Shown: positions 39,953 to 54,558 of the stretch, one piece after another | Layout: every line of letters begins with the position of its first letter | How positions within the stretch are numbered: position 1 is the first letter of the stretch | From: Octopus sinensis | Lineage: Eukaryota | Direction: 5' to 3' | Length of the DNA: 64,000 nucleotides | NCBI RefSeq assembly: GCF_006345805.1 | Contig: NC_043017.1 | Location: 14,446,001 to 14,510,000 of the forward strand | The notes under the pieces: generated by a model | Database searches by the model: none | What the model saw: only the letters and a program-made list of their open reading frames with translations | What the model was told of the DNA's origin: nothing | Made by a program: the position numbers and the translations under genes

Positions 39953-42001
39953 TACGCAGTAAAACAATGATTTTTAAAATGATTCTACATCGAATAAATA
40001 TTTTTTTATGACATTTATATCAGGAGTGAAAATGATTGTTTAATTTCCCTGATTCACATTTTTGATATCATTTGGTTTCATAACATTTTCTTACAATTTG
40101 TCATCAACACAAAATCATGGTAACTGGGATAGAAATATCTAGATTTGAAACTGAACTTTCCAATTCAAGAAAAAGAAAAAGAAAAGAACAAGCATTTTTT
40201 TTTTCTTGCCAACCTTAGATGTGGCCTTTCTTTGTGTCTAATTTAACAAAATAGTTGTCTTGTGAGAAAATTTCCTCTTCATTGCATTTGTTAGCATAAA
40301 GTCAGTTATTGGAAAATATCAAACTGAACTGGGCCGTGACCTTTCCAGCCACAGTTTATCATCTTCTGCAAAACCAACATCAGCTAAGTTGAGCCAATCT
40401 ATTGGAAAAACTGAACTTGTTATTCACTGTAGCAACAATCAATTGACATTTCATCTTGTTATTTAAATATGATCTTAAAAACCATTAATATAAATTATTT
40501 ATTACAGAATATCTATATTAAAATAAAACAACAACAGAACATTAAATCCTGTGTAAATATGGAAGAAAAATATACAAAGAAGTCAAAGGATTTGCCATGA
40601 AGAAATGGAAAATATTATATTTATTTCATTTTCCATTTTGGTGATGGAGGAATCACAATGGCTTTCTAGGGTTCTTGATTTTAACTCAATAATTCTAATC
40701 GTATTTTATTTTATTTCATGTCATACAACACATCAGTTCTCTGAGTTTTGGGATAGTTTTCGTAACATGCTAAACAAGATTGCTGGCCCTTTGCTCATCT
40801 ACTCTTCCTTATTTCTTGTTGGAAAGGGTTGCAATGAGTGAGTCCCTCTGACCCTCTCACAGGGCAAAGGGAGAGAGAGAGAAAGGAAGGAATCAGCTAC
40901 TATTCTTGACCCCTATTTTATTTTTAGGCTCCAGAGGGATTAATGGCACAGTTAACATGATGCTGATTACAGTGGGTGCTACAGAGTAGTTCCTAATTCA
41001 ATAATTATTGAACCAGAATAAGGGTAAATGGGGTCAAAGTCATATTTAGGAATCCATAACTAAGCACCTGCCTCACAGTGACATCAGTTTTTCTGTGGTT
41101 CTTTATAAAAGACATAAAAAAATCAGTGTTGACTCAGAAGGAAACACAGAACATTGGTCCTTTAAATTTTTTTTTTATTTAAAAGGAAGAAAGCCCTACC
41201 TTTGACCCTTTTTAAGACTTTTGAGAGACAAGGGGAGGAAGTGGAGAAGTTGGTCACATACTGGAGACTAGGCAACAAAATGGTCTCTGCAAAAGGCCCT
41301 GCTCCTCAAAGGAAAAGAATAATGGCTGTCACTTCCACATATCTGTGCATTTACTGAAAATCCACCCAGTTTTGGTTGACCTAAACTTATGATTCAAGGT
41401 GCAGCTCAGCAGGATGGAACCTAAAACCACATAGTTGTAAATCAAACTTCTTAACATCTAAACCAAACCACTTTATGTGTGTGTGGAGGGGGGGGGGTAA
41501 AACACAAAATTGGACCTTCATAGCTACATTAATGGACTATGAACCAGTTCCTGTAAAACCGTTCTACCACATGTGAGATCAAGTTACAGTAGATTAAGTC
41601 TTGCTGATGAGCTATAATAAAGCAGAAATATGTCCCCAGTTATCTCCATTGCTATCACACATCAGACTGTCACCTCTGTACAGTCTATTAATAATTCACT
41701 TTAAGTGTGTTGTCTCCCTTGCTGTTCTTCACCAGAATTAATCATTATTTTTTTTCCCTTCATTAAAAGTTTTTTACCTCCTTGTTTCATTAATTAGTAT
41801 GTTAATTAATTAGTATTTTCATATTAATCATTAGGTTAACACCAAATTTATAATTTATGTTTTCTTACGGCAGAGTGTGTGTGTGTGTGGGTGTGGTAAT
41901 GAGTTTTTACTCTTATCATCCATCCCACTCCCCAATTAGAGCTGAATTTAAAAGTGCAACTTTGAAACGATCAAGATACAGTCTGTATCAATGAGGAATA
42001 A

Positions 42002-42129
42002 TATCTGTCTGTCTATCTAACTATCTCTCTCTCTCTCTGTCTATCTATCTGTCTGTCTATCTATCTATCTGTCTGTCTGTCAGTCTCTCTCTCTCTCTCT
42101 ATCTACCTATCTATCTATCTATCTATCTG

Positions 42130-42160
<31 letters not shown>

Positions 42161-42180
42161 GTCTGTCTGTCTGTCTGTCC

Positions 42181-42260
<80 letters not shown>

Positions 42261-42312
42261 GTCTGTCTATCTATCTGTCTGTCAGTCTCTCTCTCTCTCT
42301 CTATCTATCTAT
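42002..42312. repeat. Compound (TCTA)n/(TCTG)n/(TC)n microsatellite
   Basis: Direct reading. Confidence 0.95.
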
Positions 42313-44420
42313 CATCTGCAAGATAAATAGAAGATTGTTAGCTTCTATTTGTCTTGATGATAATAGATAGTGAGGTAGGTAGATGGATAAATAGATATAT
42401 ATATAGAGAGAAAGAGAGAGTGAGAGAGACAGGTGATTGGCAGATAGTTGTATAAATAGAAAAGGGAGAGAAAGAGAAATAGAAGGAAAGAAAATCATAG
42501 CAACATATCAAGAGAGAGAGAGAGAGAGAAAGAAAGAAAAAGAGAAATTGAAAAAATAGAGAGAGAGAGAGAGAGAGAGAGTGAGGTGAGCTGTTATGCG
42601 TGTATAGTTTTAACACTTTCACATATAAAATGGTTGAAACCAATTTCTCTTCTGCTGAAGTATTTTTTTTTTCTCTGACTGACTGATAACATATTTGCCC
42701 TAATTATTTTGACACAAAGAACACAAACCATTATCGACCAGGTAATTCTTCATTACCTCATCTATACTTATAAACTGTATAAATATGGTATTACTTCAAA
42801 TATGGACTAAGTTAGATGAGAATGATGCAACAGAAACTAAGTCTATATTTTAGAGTGAAATAAAATTCTCTTTTGCGTTTCAGTCAAAGAAAGGGTAATA
42901 TTCCTATTTTAGAGTTTTCTTGACTGGCAGCAGAATGAAGGAAATTATTTTCTGACCAGAGGTCTGGCTTTTGTTCTTGCAACATACTGGACTCTACTAG
43001 AGGTAGCCAAGGACCAGGTGGAATCCCCACACTAGTTTTCCACCAGTGACACATCATGAGGTGTGGAGGGTGCGCAAACCACACAGGGTGGCCATATTAT
43101 GTGTTTTAGCTATAGTTGAAGGTATGGAATGTTTTGACAGACAAACCATCATGCTATGCCACTAGTTCCACACAGGTTTTGTCGACCAATTTTCTTCACA
43201 CAGCTTTAGCCAATCTGAAGAGGTGATGGTAGAAGACACTTGTCCAAGGTGCCACACAATGGGACTGAACCCAAAAGTCTGTAGTTATGAAATCAAGTTC
43301 TTCACCACTGTACCATGTTTGCACCCATCAGTTGTTGTGACGCCAACTAACACAAAATAAATTTAATTGACATGATGAAATTAATGGAATTTAATTTGAT
43401 CTGTTCGCACCCATTACCATTACCTTGCTATTAATTTCTCTGTAGAATTGTGTGGGTGAGAAAGACAGAAATAGGTGAGCAGTGTGGGGTGGGGTGGAGT
43501 TTGCGACTGGAAAACAAAAAAAAAACCAAAAAATAAGCAAAGGAGTATAAAAAGAAATGAGAAAGCAACGAGCTTTTATTGATTTGTCTTGTTGGAGAAA
43601 TGGTAAACATCTTTTCGTATGTTAATTTTTACAGAATTACAGAACCAATTCATTTTACCAAAGAGAAATGAAGAATACTCAAGAGAATCCATAAATGACT
43701 TGAATTTTGTGAAGATGTGAATGTGTAGGAACTTAATTCTTTCCCATGTAAGCTTCTCACCAAACTGACTTACAACAGAATATCTATAGAATTTATTAAT
43801 TGATTCTCAATATCAGCCCAAAAATTAACAGTGATCAAAAATTAAGAGTGATCATCTGCATCCTTCACATTTGCATCCTTCACATTCATGCAGGCACAAG
43901 GTTTCTTTTTTTTTATTATTGTTTTTCAAAAATTCTTCCAACAGTATTTTGTCAAATTTATTTCATGAGTTATTTCTTCGTTAAGGTTTGCTGATCCCGG
44001 CATCTATCACAAGACCTATGTCCCCATAGCTTCAATGTACTCAAAATATTCAGCTCTGTCTCTCCTGTGCTTAATTAATCTTCTAACACCATTTAATAGT
44101 TAATGATTTGAATATCAGAAGATGGCTAATAATTCAAAATGCTTTCCACATGGATTAGACTTTGGAGTAAAAACAAAGCTCATTGTTTGGTTAACATTAA
44201 TTATCATAATTAATTATTTCTTTATTATATAAAAAAGAAGACTGGAATTTCAAGACTTTCTGCAATATCTCATATTTGAGCAAGATACTGTTTTTGTTGT
44301 TATTTGACCCCAGGCTAGCCCTTATCCAGCACACTTATGATCAAAGACAATCAAGCTATGACCATTCCATCTTTTTTATTCAGGCACAGTGTATCGAAGA
44401 TTACAATATTTAATATTCTT

Positions 44421-44640
44421 AAGGTGGTGAGCTGGCAGAAACATTAGCACACTAGGTGAAATGCTTAGCAGTATTTCGTCTGCGGTTACGTTCTGAGTTC
44501 AAATTCTGCCAAGGTCAACTTTGCCTTTCATCCTTTCAGGTTTGATAAATTAAGTACCAGTTGCAAACTGATGTCGATCTAATCAACTGCCCCCTCCCTC
44601 CCCAAAAATTTCGGGCCTTGTGCCTGGAGTAGAAAAGAAT
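44421..44640 (+). mobile_element. SINE (family with further decayed copies at approx. 31570-31830, 36580-36820, 61201-61385)
   Basis: A-box-like gagctggcagaa and B-box gagttcaaattc, then gtcaactttgcctttcatcc...gataaattaagtacc; recurs in the window. Confidence 0.75.
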
Positions 44641-46974
44641 ATTTAATGATCTTGGTTTTTGTTTAGAATGTTATTTGTGGGAGATTTGGCTGCTATTTCC
44701 AGCAGGTTGTTTAACCTGTTAGAAATAGCAACTGAACAAGTGTTTCCTGATTTAAAGATGATGAAATACTGTACAGTGACCTTCATGCCTTTCTCCTAGT
44801 CAAGAATAAAAGATGTGAAGTAGAACAGCCTCAAGCTGAGTCAGTCTCCTTTTCTGAAAAGGTGAAATTCTGGTTCTCCACCAATCAATACATTTACAGC
44901 CAACAAAGGAGATGCAACCTGCTAGAAGTAGCAGCTAAATTTCCTTTCTATTGCACTTTTTCAACTATAAGACATTTAGTCATTCACTGACTGACGAGAC
45001 TCAATAAGAATGGAATTTGTCATGGAACTGATGAAAATCCAACTTACCCCTCCCCATCCGGCAGTCTATAATTAATGTTAATTTCAATTTCAGGCTTATC
45101 TGCCTTGTCTAATTAGAATTACTAATTGAATTAATGCTTATTTTTTTTTCATCACATGTGTAATTTTAATTCATTTTGGATCTTCATGCAAAAGGCATCC
45201 CTAGATAGTACCCCACCTCCACCCACCCGGCCAGCAGTGTCTAGTAAGTTATTCAGAACTAGAAAGTTCTCATTTCAGAAGTTTGCTGTTAGAATTATCT
45301 GAAACCGTTCTCTATGATAAGGACATTGCCACAGATGGATAATTCAACAATTAGGCTGTCGAATTAATGCTGGTCTTTTTTGTTTTAATCCAGGAGCATC
45401 ACAGGATGAAGAATGGAAAAACTTCGAAGGAGAAAGATGACACTTGGAACCTGGTTCAGGATTGCAGAAACTGAGGTTGGGGGGGGGGGGGAAGAAAGGA
45501 GTGACTTAACTGCTGCCCTTTAAATGTTTGTATTTGACTGAACTCGGCTAAAAGCAGACAAGGCTCAAGGAGAGAGAGTGTGTGTGTGTGTGTGTGTGTG
45601 TGAATGTGAGTGTGAGTGTGCGTGTGCATGTGATGGGGGCGACTGTTAATCTCGGTAACAGATTAAGCCTGCTACGTATTTAATTTTAATAAAACTTCGT
45701 CAGACTCATCCAAAGATATTTTCTATATCAAAGACATGCTATCTCATGGTAATTGACTATTGATTAAACAAAATCAATGCCACATTCAGACAAAAAGAAA
45801 ACACAAAGAAACATTATACGAAGGATAAAAGGTTGTTTGTTGGTGTTGCTGTTGTTGTTGTTGTAAAGGCCCAACTCTGGATAAATTTGTGTGATTTATA
45901 TTTGGATTTTGCCCTGGATCGGGATTCTATTGCTGGACAGATGCCCCAGGATTTGGTTGAATAATTAGTACTTATTTTATCGAACACTATTTGTCAAACT
46001 GCTAGGTCACAGGACATAAAGGGATATGACATAAACAACACTAGCTTTTAGACCAGTGTAAACACAAGTCATCAGCATCGTTTTACTTCTACATTCCATG
46101 CTAGTATGGGTTAGATGTCTCATCTCATTCCAAGTTAATCGTTATTGGGGTTACTGCCCTTGTAAGTGGGGTTGGAGGGGACCATATCTTGCTTGAAGAG
46201 CTTCTACCAATGAACTTTAACTCACAACATACAGCATAGACTGAAACTAGATTCTCTGGTCAAGTATTGACCAGAACGTCGGGCAGTGGGATTGAACCTG
46301 GAATCTCTATAGTGAAATTTGATCAAGCTATACTATGTGTGTATGGTGACAAAAATGAGGAGTAGCTGCATTTCGAAAGGCCAACCTTATCCCATTCTGT
46401 GTTATGTTGAATTTACCCAGAACTACATTAAGAGTACGTGTGTCTGTGGAGCGCTTAGCTCTTTGCATATTAGTTTCAAGAGCAGCTTGTTCCATTGATC
46501 AGATTAACTGGAGCACTTGTTGTATCAGAGTGCCACACACACACACACACACACATATATATAAATAAGATTTGGCTAAAAACCTTGTAAAATGCTATGC
46601 AAAGTTTATCAACAGTTGTAGGCCACCAGATGTCATCATAGAGAGGAAATGCTTTTGTTACGAGATATGCATAGGGAATACTATAGTATCCATAGAGTTT
46701 ATGTAAATAGACAAATAATAGAAAACAGATTGAAGAAAATTATTTGAATTCCCTACAGTTGTTTTGAGACATGTTTGCACTCATAGTAAATTAGTGAGAT
46801 GATATAATCACCATATTATGTAATTGTTGTTGTCCTTCAAAGGTGTAAGATTCATTTCATAACACCATTGATGGCTGAAAGAGATTACAAAATATCTTAA
46901 TTATATTCTGTCATCAACGCACTAATGAGTGTTATGATGCGGGGAAACAATTGCTCTAATTCTAAACAATTTTG

Positions 46975-47038
46975 CTCTCTCCATTCTCTCTCTCTCTCTC
47001 TCCATTTTATTTCTCCTTCTCTCCCCTCTCTCTCTCTT

Positions 47039-47070
<32 letters not shown>

Positions 47071-47125
47071 CCCATTTTCTCTCTCCTTCTCTCTCTCTCT
47101 TCCTCTTCCTCTCTCTCTCCCTCTT

Positions 47126-47160
<35 letters not shown>

Positions 47161-47289
47161 TCTCTCTCTTTCTCTCTCTCTCTCCATTCTCTCTCTCTCC
47201 CCATTTTCTCTCTCCTTCTCTCTCTCTCTTCCTCTTCCTCTCTCTCTCCCTCTTTCTCTCTCTCCTCTCTCTCTTTCTCTCTCTCTCTT

Positions 47290-47323
<34 letters not shown>

Positions 47324-47493
47324 TCTCTTTCTCTCTCTCTCTCCATTCTCTCTCTCTCTCCCCATTTTCTCTCTCCTTCTCTCTCTATTTCTTTCTCTCT
47401 CTCCATTCTCTCTCTCTCTCCCCATTTTCTCTCTCCTTCTCTCTCTCTCTCCCTCTTTCTCTCTCTCTCCTCTCTCTCTTTCTCTCTCTCTCC
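46975..47493. repeat. Polypyrimidine (CT)n array with internal higher-order duplications
   Basis: Blocks such as ccccattttctctctccttctctctc recur four times. Confidence 0.95.
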
Positions 47494-47718
47494 TGTTTAT
47501 CTATATAACCAAATGGTTCTGGGTTTAGTTCCATTGTGTGGCACATTGGACAAGTATTTTCTACTATAGTCTCGGACTTGTGCGTGGATTTGGTAGACGG
47601 AAACCAAAAGAATATATATATGTATATAGGGGGAGTTTACGAAAAACACAAAAGACGAAGACAGGTGGTGTACGAAACAAACAGATGTATTAGTATAATG
47701 CTCAGGAATAGAAAAAGT

Positions 47719-47754
47719 CTTTTATGTTTCGAGCCTACGATCTTCTATAGAAAG
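47719..47754 (-). ncRNA. Decayed hammerhead-like motif in a pLTR-like island (approx. 47628-47822)
   Basis: Minus strand cttt-CTATAGA-agatcgtaggctc-GAAAC-ATA-aaag: stem I and GAAAC are retained, and the core is mutated. Confidence 0.35.
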
Positions 47755-47834
47755 GGACACAGAAAAAACAAGGAGAGAAAAAAATTTGTGTAGTGGCTAA
47801 CGATCTATCATGGCGCTGACCATGTATATATATA

Positions 47835-48224
47835 CTAGCAGTATCGCCCGGCGTTGCTCGGGTTTGTAAGGGAAATAACTATATAAGCATTTTTAGAGAG
47901 TTATAGCCAAAAAATAGCAAAAAAATGCATTAAAATGGAAAAAAAATTATGGTAAATCTTTTTTAAATCGTTGACTCATCGTAGACATTTTTAGAGAGTT
48001 ACTTCCTTATATAATAGCGACAAAATGCATTAAAATGGAAAAAAATGATGTAAATTTTTTTTAAATCGTAGACTCATCATAGATGTGCGCTAATACCCAG
48101 AAGGGCTCGATATGAATCACGACTATAAGATACCTAGTTTTGGTTAAACTGCACCGCAAAATGTGGGAGTAGTTAGGAATCTAAATCGTAGGAGACAGAC
48201 ACACAACCTCACTTTTATATATAA

Positions 48225-48227
<3 letters not shown>
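47835..48227 (-). mobile_element. Complete non-autonomous Helitron (393 bp)
   Basis: Minus strand starts TCTTTATATATAAAAG and ends with hairpin cccgagcaacgccggg followed by CTAG. Inserted between A and T with no TSD; internal approx. 97-bp duplication. Confidence 0.85.
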
Positions 48228-48295
<68 letters not shown>

Positions 48296-48557
48296 GTGTG
48301 TATGTGTCTGTGTTTGTCCCACCCCCACTGCTTGACAACTGGTGTTGGTGTGTTTATGTCCCCATGACTTAGTGGTTTGGCAAAAGATACCAATAAAATA
48401 AATACCAGGCTTAAAAAACAAATACTGAGGTCGATCCATTTGACTAAAAATTCAAGGCAGTGCCCCAGCATGGCCAAATAAAAGAATAAAAGAATAAAGG
48501 AACACACACACATATATACATATATATATAATGTGTATTCCGTTAGGGTTAAGGTTA

Positions 48558-48967
48558 GGCACAGGAGTGGCTGTGTGGTAAGTAGCTTGCTTACCAGCCA
48601 CATGGTCCTGGGTTCAGTCCCACTGCATGGCACTTTGGGTGTCTTCTACTATAGCCTCAGGCCGATTAAAGCCTTGTGAGTGGATTTGGTAGATAGAAAC
48701 TGAAAGAAGCCCGTCGTATATATATGTGTATGTGTGTGTGTATGTGTGTATATATGTTTGTGTGTCTGTGTTTGTTGCCCCACCACTGCTCGACAACTGA
48801 TGCTGGTGTGCTTATATCCCCATAACTTAGTGGTTCAGCAAAAGACACTGATAGAATAAGTACTGGGCTTACAAAGAATAAGCTCTGGTGTTGATTTGCT
48901 CAAATAAAGGCGGTGCTCCAGCAAGGCCGCAGTCAAATGACTGAAACAAGTAAAAGAGTAAAAGAAA
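48558..48967 (+). mobile_element. Full-length tRNA-derived SINE with internal TA/TG microsatellite
   Basis: ggcacaggagtggctgtgtggtaag...ggttcagtcccac head and a tail ending aagtaaaagagtaaaag. The most abundant family in the window, with copies at approx. 4420-4610, 6460-6610, 43170-43320, 49209-49562, 59940-60123 and 63550-63710. Confidence 0.88.
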
Positions 48968-49208
48968 AAGGAATGTAGCAGAGTATGAAATGAGGCAGGT
49001 GGATGTATTAGCATCAAAGACGAAGCTTTTGTAATTAATGGGGACAGCAGTTGTATATCCCCTGAAGAAATACAGCTGGAACCCAATTGGACAGGTAAAC
49101 TGTTGCATAATTGAAATCCTGTAGGTATATGAAGATCTATGTTGCATCAAAACATGTGTATTAAATAACTGTCTAACTGTATTCCTTCTTGTTGACACTG
49201 TATCTTAT

Positions 49209-49562
49209 TTCAGTCCCACTGCGTGGCATCTTGGGCAAAAGTCTTCTGCTATAGCCCCGGGCCGACCAATGCCTTGTGAGTGGATTTGGTAGACAGAAAC
49301 TGAAAGAAGCCTGTTGTATATATGTATATATATATGTATGTGTATGTATATGTTTGTGTGTCTGTGTTTGTCCCTCTAGCATTGCTTGACAACTGATGCT
49401 GGTGTGTTTACGTCCCTGTCACTTAGCGGTTCGGCAAAAGAGACCGATAGAATAAGTACTGGGCTTACAAAGAATAAGTCCCGGGGTCGATTTGCTCGAC
49501 TAAAGGCGGTGCTCCAGCATGGCCGCAGTCAAATGACTGAAACAAGTAAAAGAGTAAAAGAA
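49209..49562 (+). mobile_element. 5'-truncated SINE (same family as 48558-48967)
   Basis: High similarity from ttcagtcccactgcgtggc to aagtaaaagagtaaaag. Confidence 0.85.
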
Positions 49563-49670
49563 TATATATACACATGTATATATACACACACATATATATA
49601 CATATATATACATACACATATATATATATGTATATATATATATATAATATATTTATATTTATATATATAT

Positions 49671-49703
<33 letters not shown>

Positions 49704-49881
49704 CACATACATATATATATATACACACATACACACACACGCACACATATATATGTATATATACATATGCACATGTATATATATATATATATATATACTT
49801 CTACTACTAGATGTGTTGAATGCTTCTTTCTTTTGTTTGTCCACTTATCTCTGTATATGTCTGTGTGTGTGCATGTATGTA

Positions 49882-51325
49882 GGGAGAGGGTCATCATGCA
49901 ACTAATTAGGACAAGAGTTAGTCTAGATGAGATGCAGTTTGGTTTTGTGCCAAGGAGATGCACCACTGATGCTACATTTCTGGTAAGGAAGTACCAGGGA
50001 TGCCATCAGTAAGGTGAGGGTTGGCAATGAGTATAGTGAAGAATTCCGGGTATTAGTAGTGGTTCACTAAGGATCAGTCCTCAGCTCCCTCTTGTTCATC
50101 ATAATCCTCCAAGCAATAACAGAGGAATTCAAGACAGGATGCCCCTGGGAGCTCCTCTATGCTGATGACCTTGTTCTCATAGCTGAATCACTTCCAGAAC
50201 TAGAGAAGAAATTTCAGGTGTGGAAGCAAGGTCTAAAATCAAAGGGCCTTAAAGTTAATCTAGCAAAAGCCAAAATCTTAGTAAGTAGGAAAGCAAACAA
50301 ATCACAAATGCCCTCAAGCAGATGGTCCTGTTCAGTCTGTAGAAAAGGTGTAGGTAGAAACACCATAAAATGTTTCCAGTGTAAGCTATGGACACATTAG
50401 AGGTGCAACAATATCAAAGGAAGGTTAACAGGAAAAATAGTTTTTGTGTGTGAAAAGTGCACAGGTATAATAAACACTGAAAATGTACAGATAATAGACT
50501 CCATCCTAGCAGTAGTTGATAGCTTCCATTATGTAGGTGACCAAGTTATTAGGGGAGGTGGATGCTCCAGGAAGGTAGCTGTAAGAATAAGAATTGGATG
50601 GGAAAAGTTGAGAGAGCTTCTACCTCTAATGGTAACAAAGTGCCTTTGCCTCAGAGTGAAAGGCAGACTGTATGATACCTGTGTGTGGGACAGCTATGGC
50701 ATTGAAACATAGGCTGTGATTGCCAAACTGGAAACAAATGAAGGTAGTATACTTCACTGGGCAAAAGATGCATCAGATTTGGTGTGCAAGAAAGATGACT
50801 GTGTTGGTATTGTCATGTGATGCATTTGGACGAGGACAGCTGTATAAAAATGTGCTGATCTCTAACTGTGGAGAGGACCTGTGGAAGAGGCAGACCCAGG
50901 AAGACAGGGGACGAAGTGGTGAAGCATGATCTTTGAACTTTGGGCCTCATGGAAGTGACTGAGATTTCTGGCGATATGCTGTGCAAGAGAAGACTCATCA
51001 GAGCAAATGAAATCATAGTTGTGGCCATGCTGGAGTTATGTAAATGGCAGCCATGCATCGTAGGTCATGATTGTGGTTGTAACCAGTGGCATCAATCAAT
51101 GATTCATAATCACAGTCGTTGCCGGGGTCATGTAAATGGCACCCGTGCCGGTGGCATGTGGAAACACCCATTACACTCCTGGAGTGGTTGGCATTAGGAA
51201 GAGCATCCAGCTGTAGAAACCATGACAAATCAGACTGGAGCCTGACGCAGCTCCCTGGCTCATCACCTCCAGTCAAACTGTCAAATCCATGACAGCACAG
51301 AGACGTTAAATGATGATGATGATGC
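49882..51325 (+). mobile_element. RTE-clade LINE, 5'-truncated, with 3' tail and (GAT)n end
   Basis: [52 protein letters not shown], a Cys-rich segment and RVKGRLY. Confidence 0.9.
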
Positions 51326-51420
51326 TGATAAATATATATATGTATATATACATATATAAATACATGAATATATGTATGTATGTATGTATGTATGTAGGTA
51401 TGTATGTATGTACACACATA

Positions 51421-52663
51421 CAGGGTGCGATGGGTAAATTGTCACCATTTTATATTTTTAATTTCGTGTATGCGCATTGTTTGTTTTTGATTTTGTCGAC
51501 TACACAGTATAGTAGGGTCAGTTGGGCACTATCTGTGAGAAAAAACAGCCCTATGACACAATTCATTCTGCCAGGAATTTGGAAACGACATGCTGTACTG
51601 CTCAGCATTTGCACCAGAAGTTCCAATATGAACATTTCAGAGTGTTTGGGTGTCAATCTGAGGACAGTGCAGAGGATTTAGAAAGAGTTGGATGAGTCTA
51701 TTAGTGATTATGAAGGTAGAGCAGCTCAGAAAATTGTCACTGAAAAGAAAAAAAAAGCTCCTGAATTTATCGGTGAGATCCAGGCCATGATTGATAGTGA
51801 TCCCTCACAGCCAATTAGGTCTATCACCAGGGACATGGGAATGTCTAAATTTCTTATCAGGCAGGTAATGCATGAAGACATTCGGTATTCCTCATACAAG
51901 ATGAGAAAGGGCCAGTTTTTATCCCCAGCCATCAAGGACAAGAGGAAAGACTGTGCTACGAAGCTTTTGAACAAACTCAAGCATCCCCTCCAACTGAACA
52001 TGCTTTGGTTTTTCTCAGACGAGAGAAATTTCTGCCAGGATCAGATGGTGAACACACAGAACAACCGTTTGATTGCCATGTCCCCAAAACATGTACCATG
52101 AGTGATAAAAATCAAACATCCAGACAACATCTTGGAGTTTAGAGTGATCACTAGTTATACCTCCATTCATCTCAGACTCAACACAAAGGCCGCCATCAAG
52201 TGCCTGGAGGAGGTAGTGCTGCCCTGGGCCAAGTGGATGGCTGCTGGAAGACCCTATGTCTGGCAACAGGACTCTGCACCATGCCACACAAGCAGGAGAA
52301 CCCAGTCATGGCGGTCAGAAAATTTCTGTGACCACATCACCCCCCTAACATCTGGCCATCTAACTACCCAGACTGCAAAAGCCTTGATTATTATATGTAG
52401 GGTGCAGTAGAGTGAGAGACTAAAGATGAAGTGAAGGCAAGGATTTTGGCAGTATTCAGCAACTTAAATATTCACAAACTCCAGAAGAGTTGCAGGAGAT
52501 TCCAAAGTCGTCTGGTTGAAGCCAATGGCAATTTTATTGAATAAATTTACTCTTTACTACTTGAAGATATTTCAAAGTCATTTGGTAAATATATCTGTTA
52601 AAATGAGATGTCAATATTATTTTCATTTTTGCATAATTTAGATGATAATTTATTCACTGCACC

Positions 52664-52666
<3 letters not shown>
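51421..52666 (+). mobile_element. Tc1/mariner superfamily element, maT (DD37D)-like, full length with decayed transposase
   Basis: TA-cagggtgc...gcaccctg-TA termini; WFFSDERNF, VNTQNNR, WQQDSAPCHT and a PDC.ALDYY remnant. Confidence 0.85.
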
Positions 52667-52735
<69 letters not shown>

Positions 52736-53089
52736 TATATATGTATATATATACATGTATATATACATGTATAATATACATGTATATATACATGTATAAA
52801 TATATATATATATATATAGATATATGTTACTTGATATTACATGTAATATACATGTATATATATACATGTATATATACATGTATAAATATATATATATATA
52901 TATATAGGTATATATATATATACATGTATATATACATGTATATATATACATGTATATATACATGTATAAATATCTATATATATATATACATGTATATATA
53001 TTATATTGTATATATATATACAGTATATATATATATTGTATATATATATATACATGTATATATAATAGATTGTATATATATATAATATA

Positions 53090-53122
<33 letters not shown>

Positions 53123-53276
53123 ATATATATGATGCATGTATATATATGTATGTATGTATATATACATATATATGTATGTATGTATGTATATATATATATA
53201 TATTATATATATAATATATGTATGTATGTATGTGTATATCTATAATATATATATATTATATATATATATATATATG

Positions 53277-53357
<81 letters not shown>

Positions 53358-53476
53358 TATATATATATATATATATATATATGTATTTATATATATATAC
53401 ATGCATACATATATATATATATTGTTATATTTCGGAATGGTCATATTGCCAGTTTAGCCAATATAAATATTTAAAC

Positions 53477-53517
<41 letters not shown>

Positions 53518-53520
53518 CAT
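52667..53520. repeat. Degenerate (TA)n array
   Basis: Direct reading. Confidence 0.95.
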
Positions 53521-53974
53521 GTATATATCTGTGTGTGTGTGTGTGTAAGTGTCTCTGTGGGGTAATATGTTGTAATGTAATTGTGATATTGAAGCTGCAC
53601 AACCCATCACCACTTTCAATGATTCATTGAAATACTTTCAGCTACAAAGCTGATTACAATATCAATTGTCAGTTATGGTGTTGATGATATCATATCAATA
53701 TTTATGTCAATTGATATTGATCACCTGGGGGTAGGTGTAAACATTGGTACAACCCTTTTTTTCTTAGGATTGATTTATAAAGGTTGGTGGTGATGTTGAT
53801 GAGAAATATGGGGTAGCATAGCAGAATATTTAGCAATGTTGACAGGGAAAAACCTTTGAAACACTTTTATATATGTATACATACATACATACACACACAC
53901 ATACACGCGCACACACATACACACACATACACACACATACACACACAGAGGCATGCAGAAGTAGATAGATACCT

Positions 53975-54558
53975 TTAATTTTCAAAATTTCTCATCTAAG
54001 CACCTTAATATGTTTTGAGCAGTGTAGAATTTACAATGTAATTATTCTTTTCCATTCCAGGTGCCATCATATTAAACACTTGTGAAGAGTAACCATGCCA
54101 CACACAAAAAATTCAGCAGAACTGTCAGATTTTCAAAGAGGTTGTATTGTTGGGCAATCTGAGGCTGGTCTAAGCCAGCAGATAATTGCCATAAATCTTC
54201 AAATTCCTCTTGCTACTCTTAATAGAATTATAGTGCAATTCAAAAGCCATGGAAAAGAATCAACAGATTCATTCTCGTCCCGGCCGACCTGGGCCCTTGA
54301 AAGGAAGCTTTGTTGTTTGAAGAGAATTGTGGAAAACGAACCCTGTTCGAAGGTTTCTGACATTGCAAAACAGCTAGTGGTTAGTCCAAGAACGTGTGTT
54401 CATATCTGCATAAGCTTGGGTATTATGGACAAGCAACTAGAAGAAAACCTCTCCTTCAACCAATTAATATCATGAAAAGAAAGAAATGGGCAAAGAAGAT
54501 GTCAGAAAAATCCAGGTTACTTTGGATAGAGTGATTTTCTCAGATGAATCCAGATTTG
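53975..54558 (+). mobile_element. Tc1-like transposon, 5' fragment
   Basis: [12 protein letters not shown] paired-like HTH, RRKPLL and VIFSDESRF. Truncated immediately after the first catalytic D by the pLTR inverted repeat. Confidence 0.8.

Noticed and set aside
46897-47569. RE-rich and SL-rich ORFs
   Set aside because: (CT)/(GA)n repeat translations.
48543-48559. ttagggttaaggttagg telomere-like motif
   Set aside because: Under three imperfect units; not an interstitial telomere.
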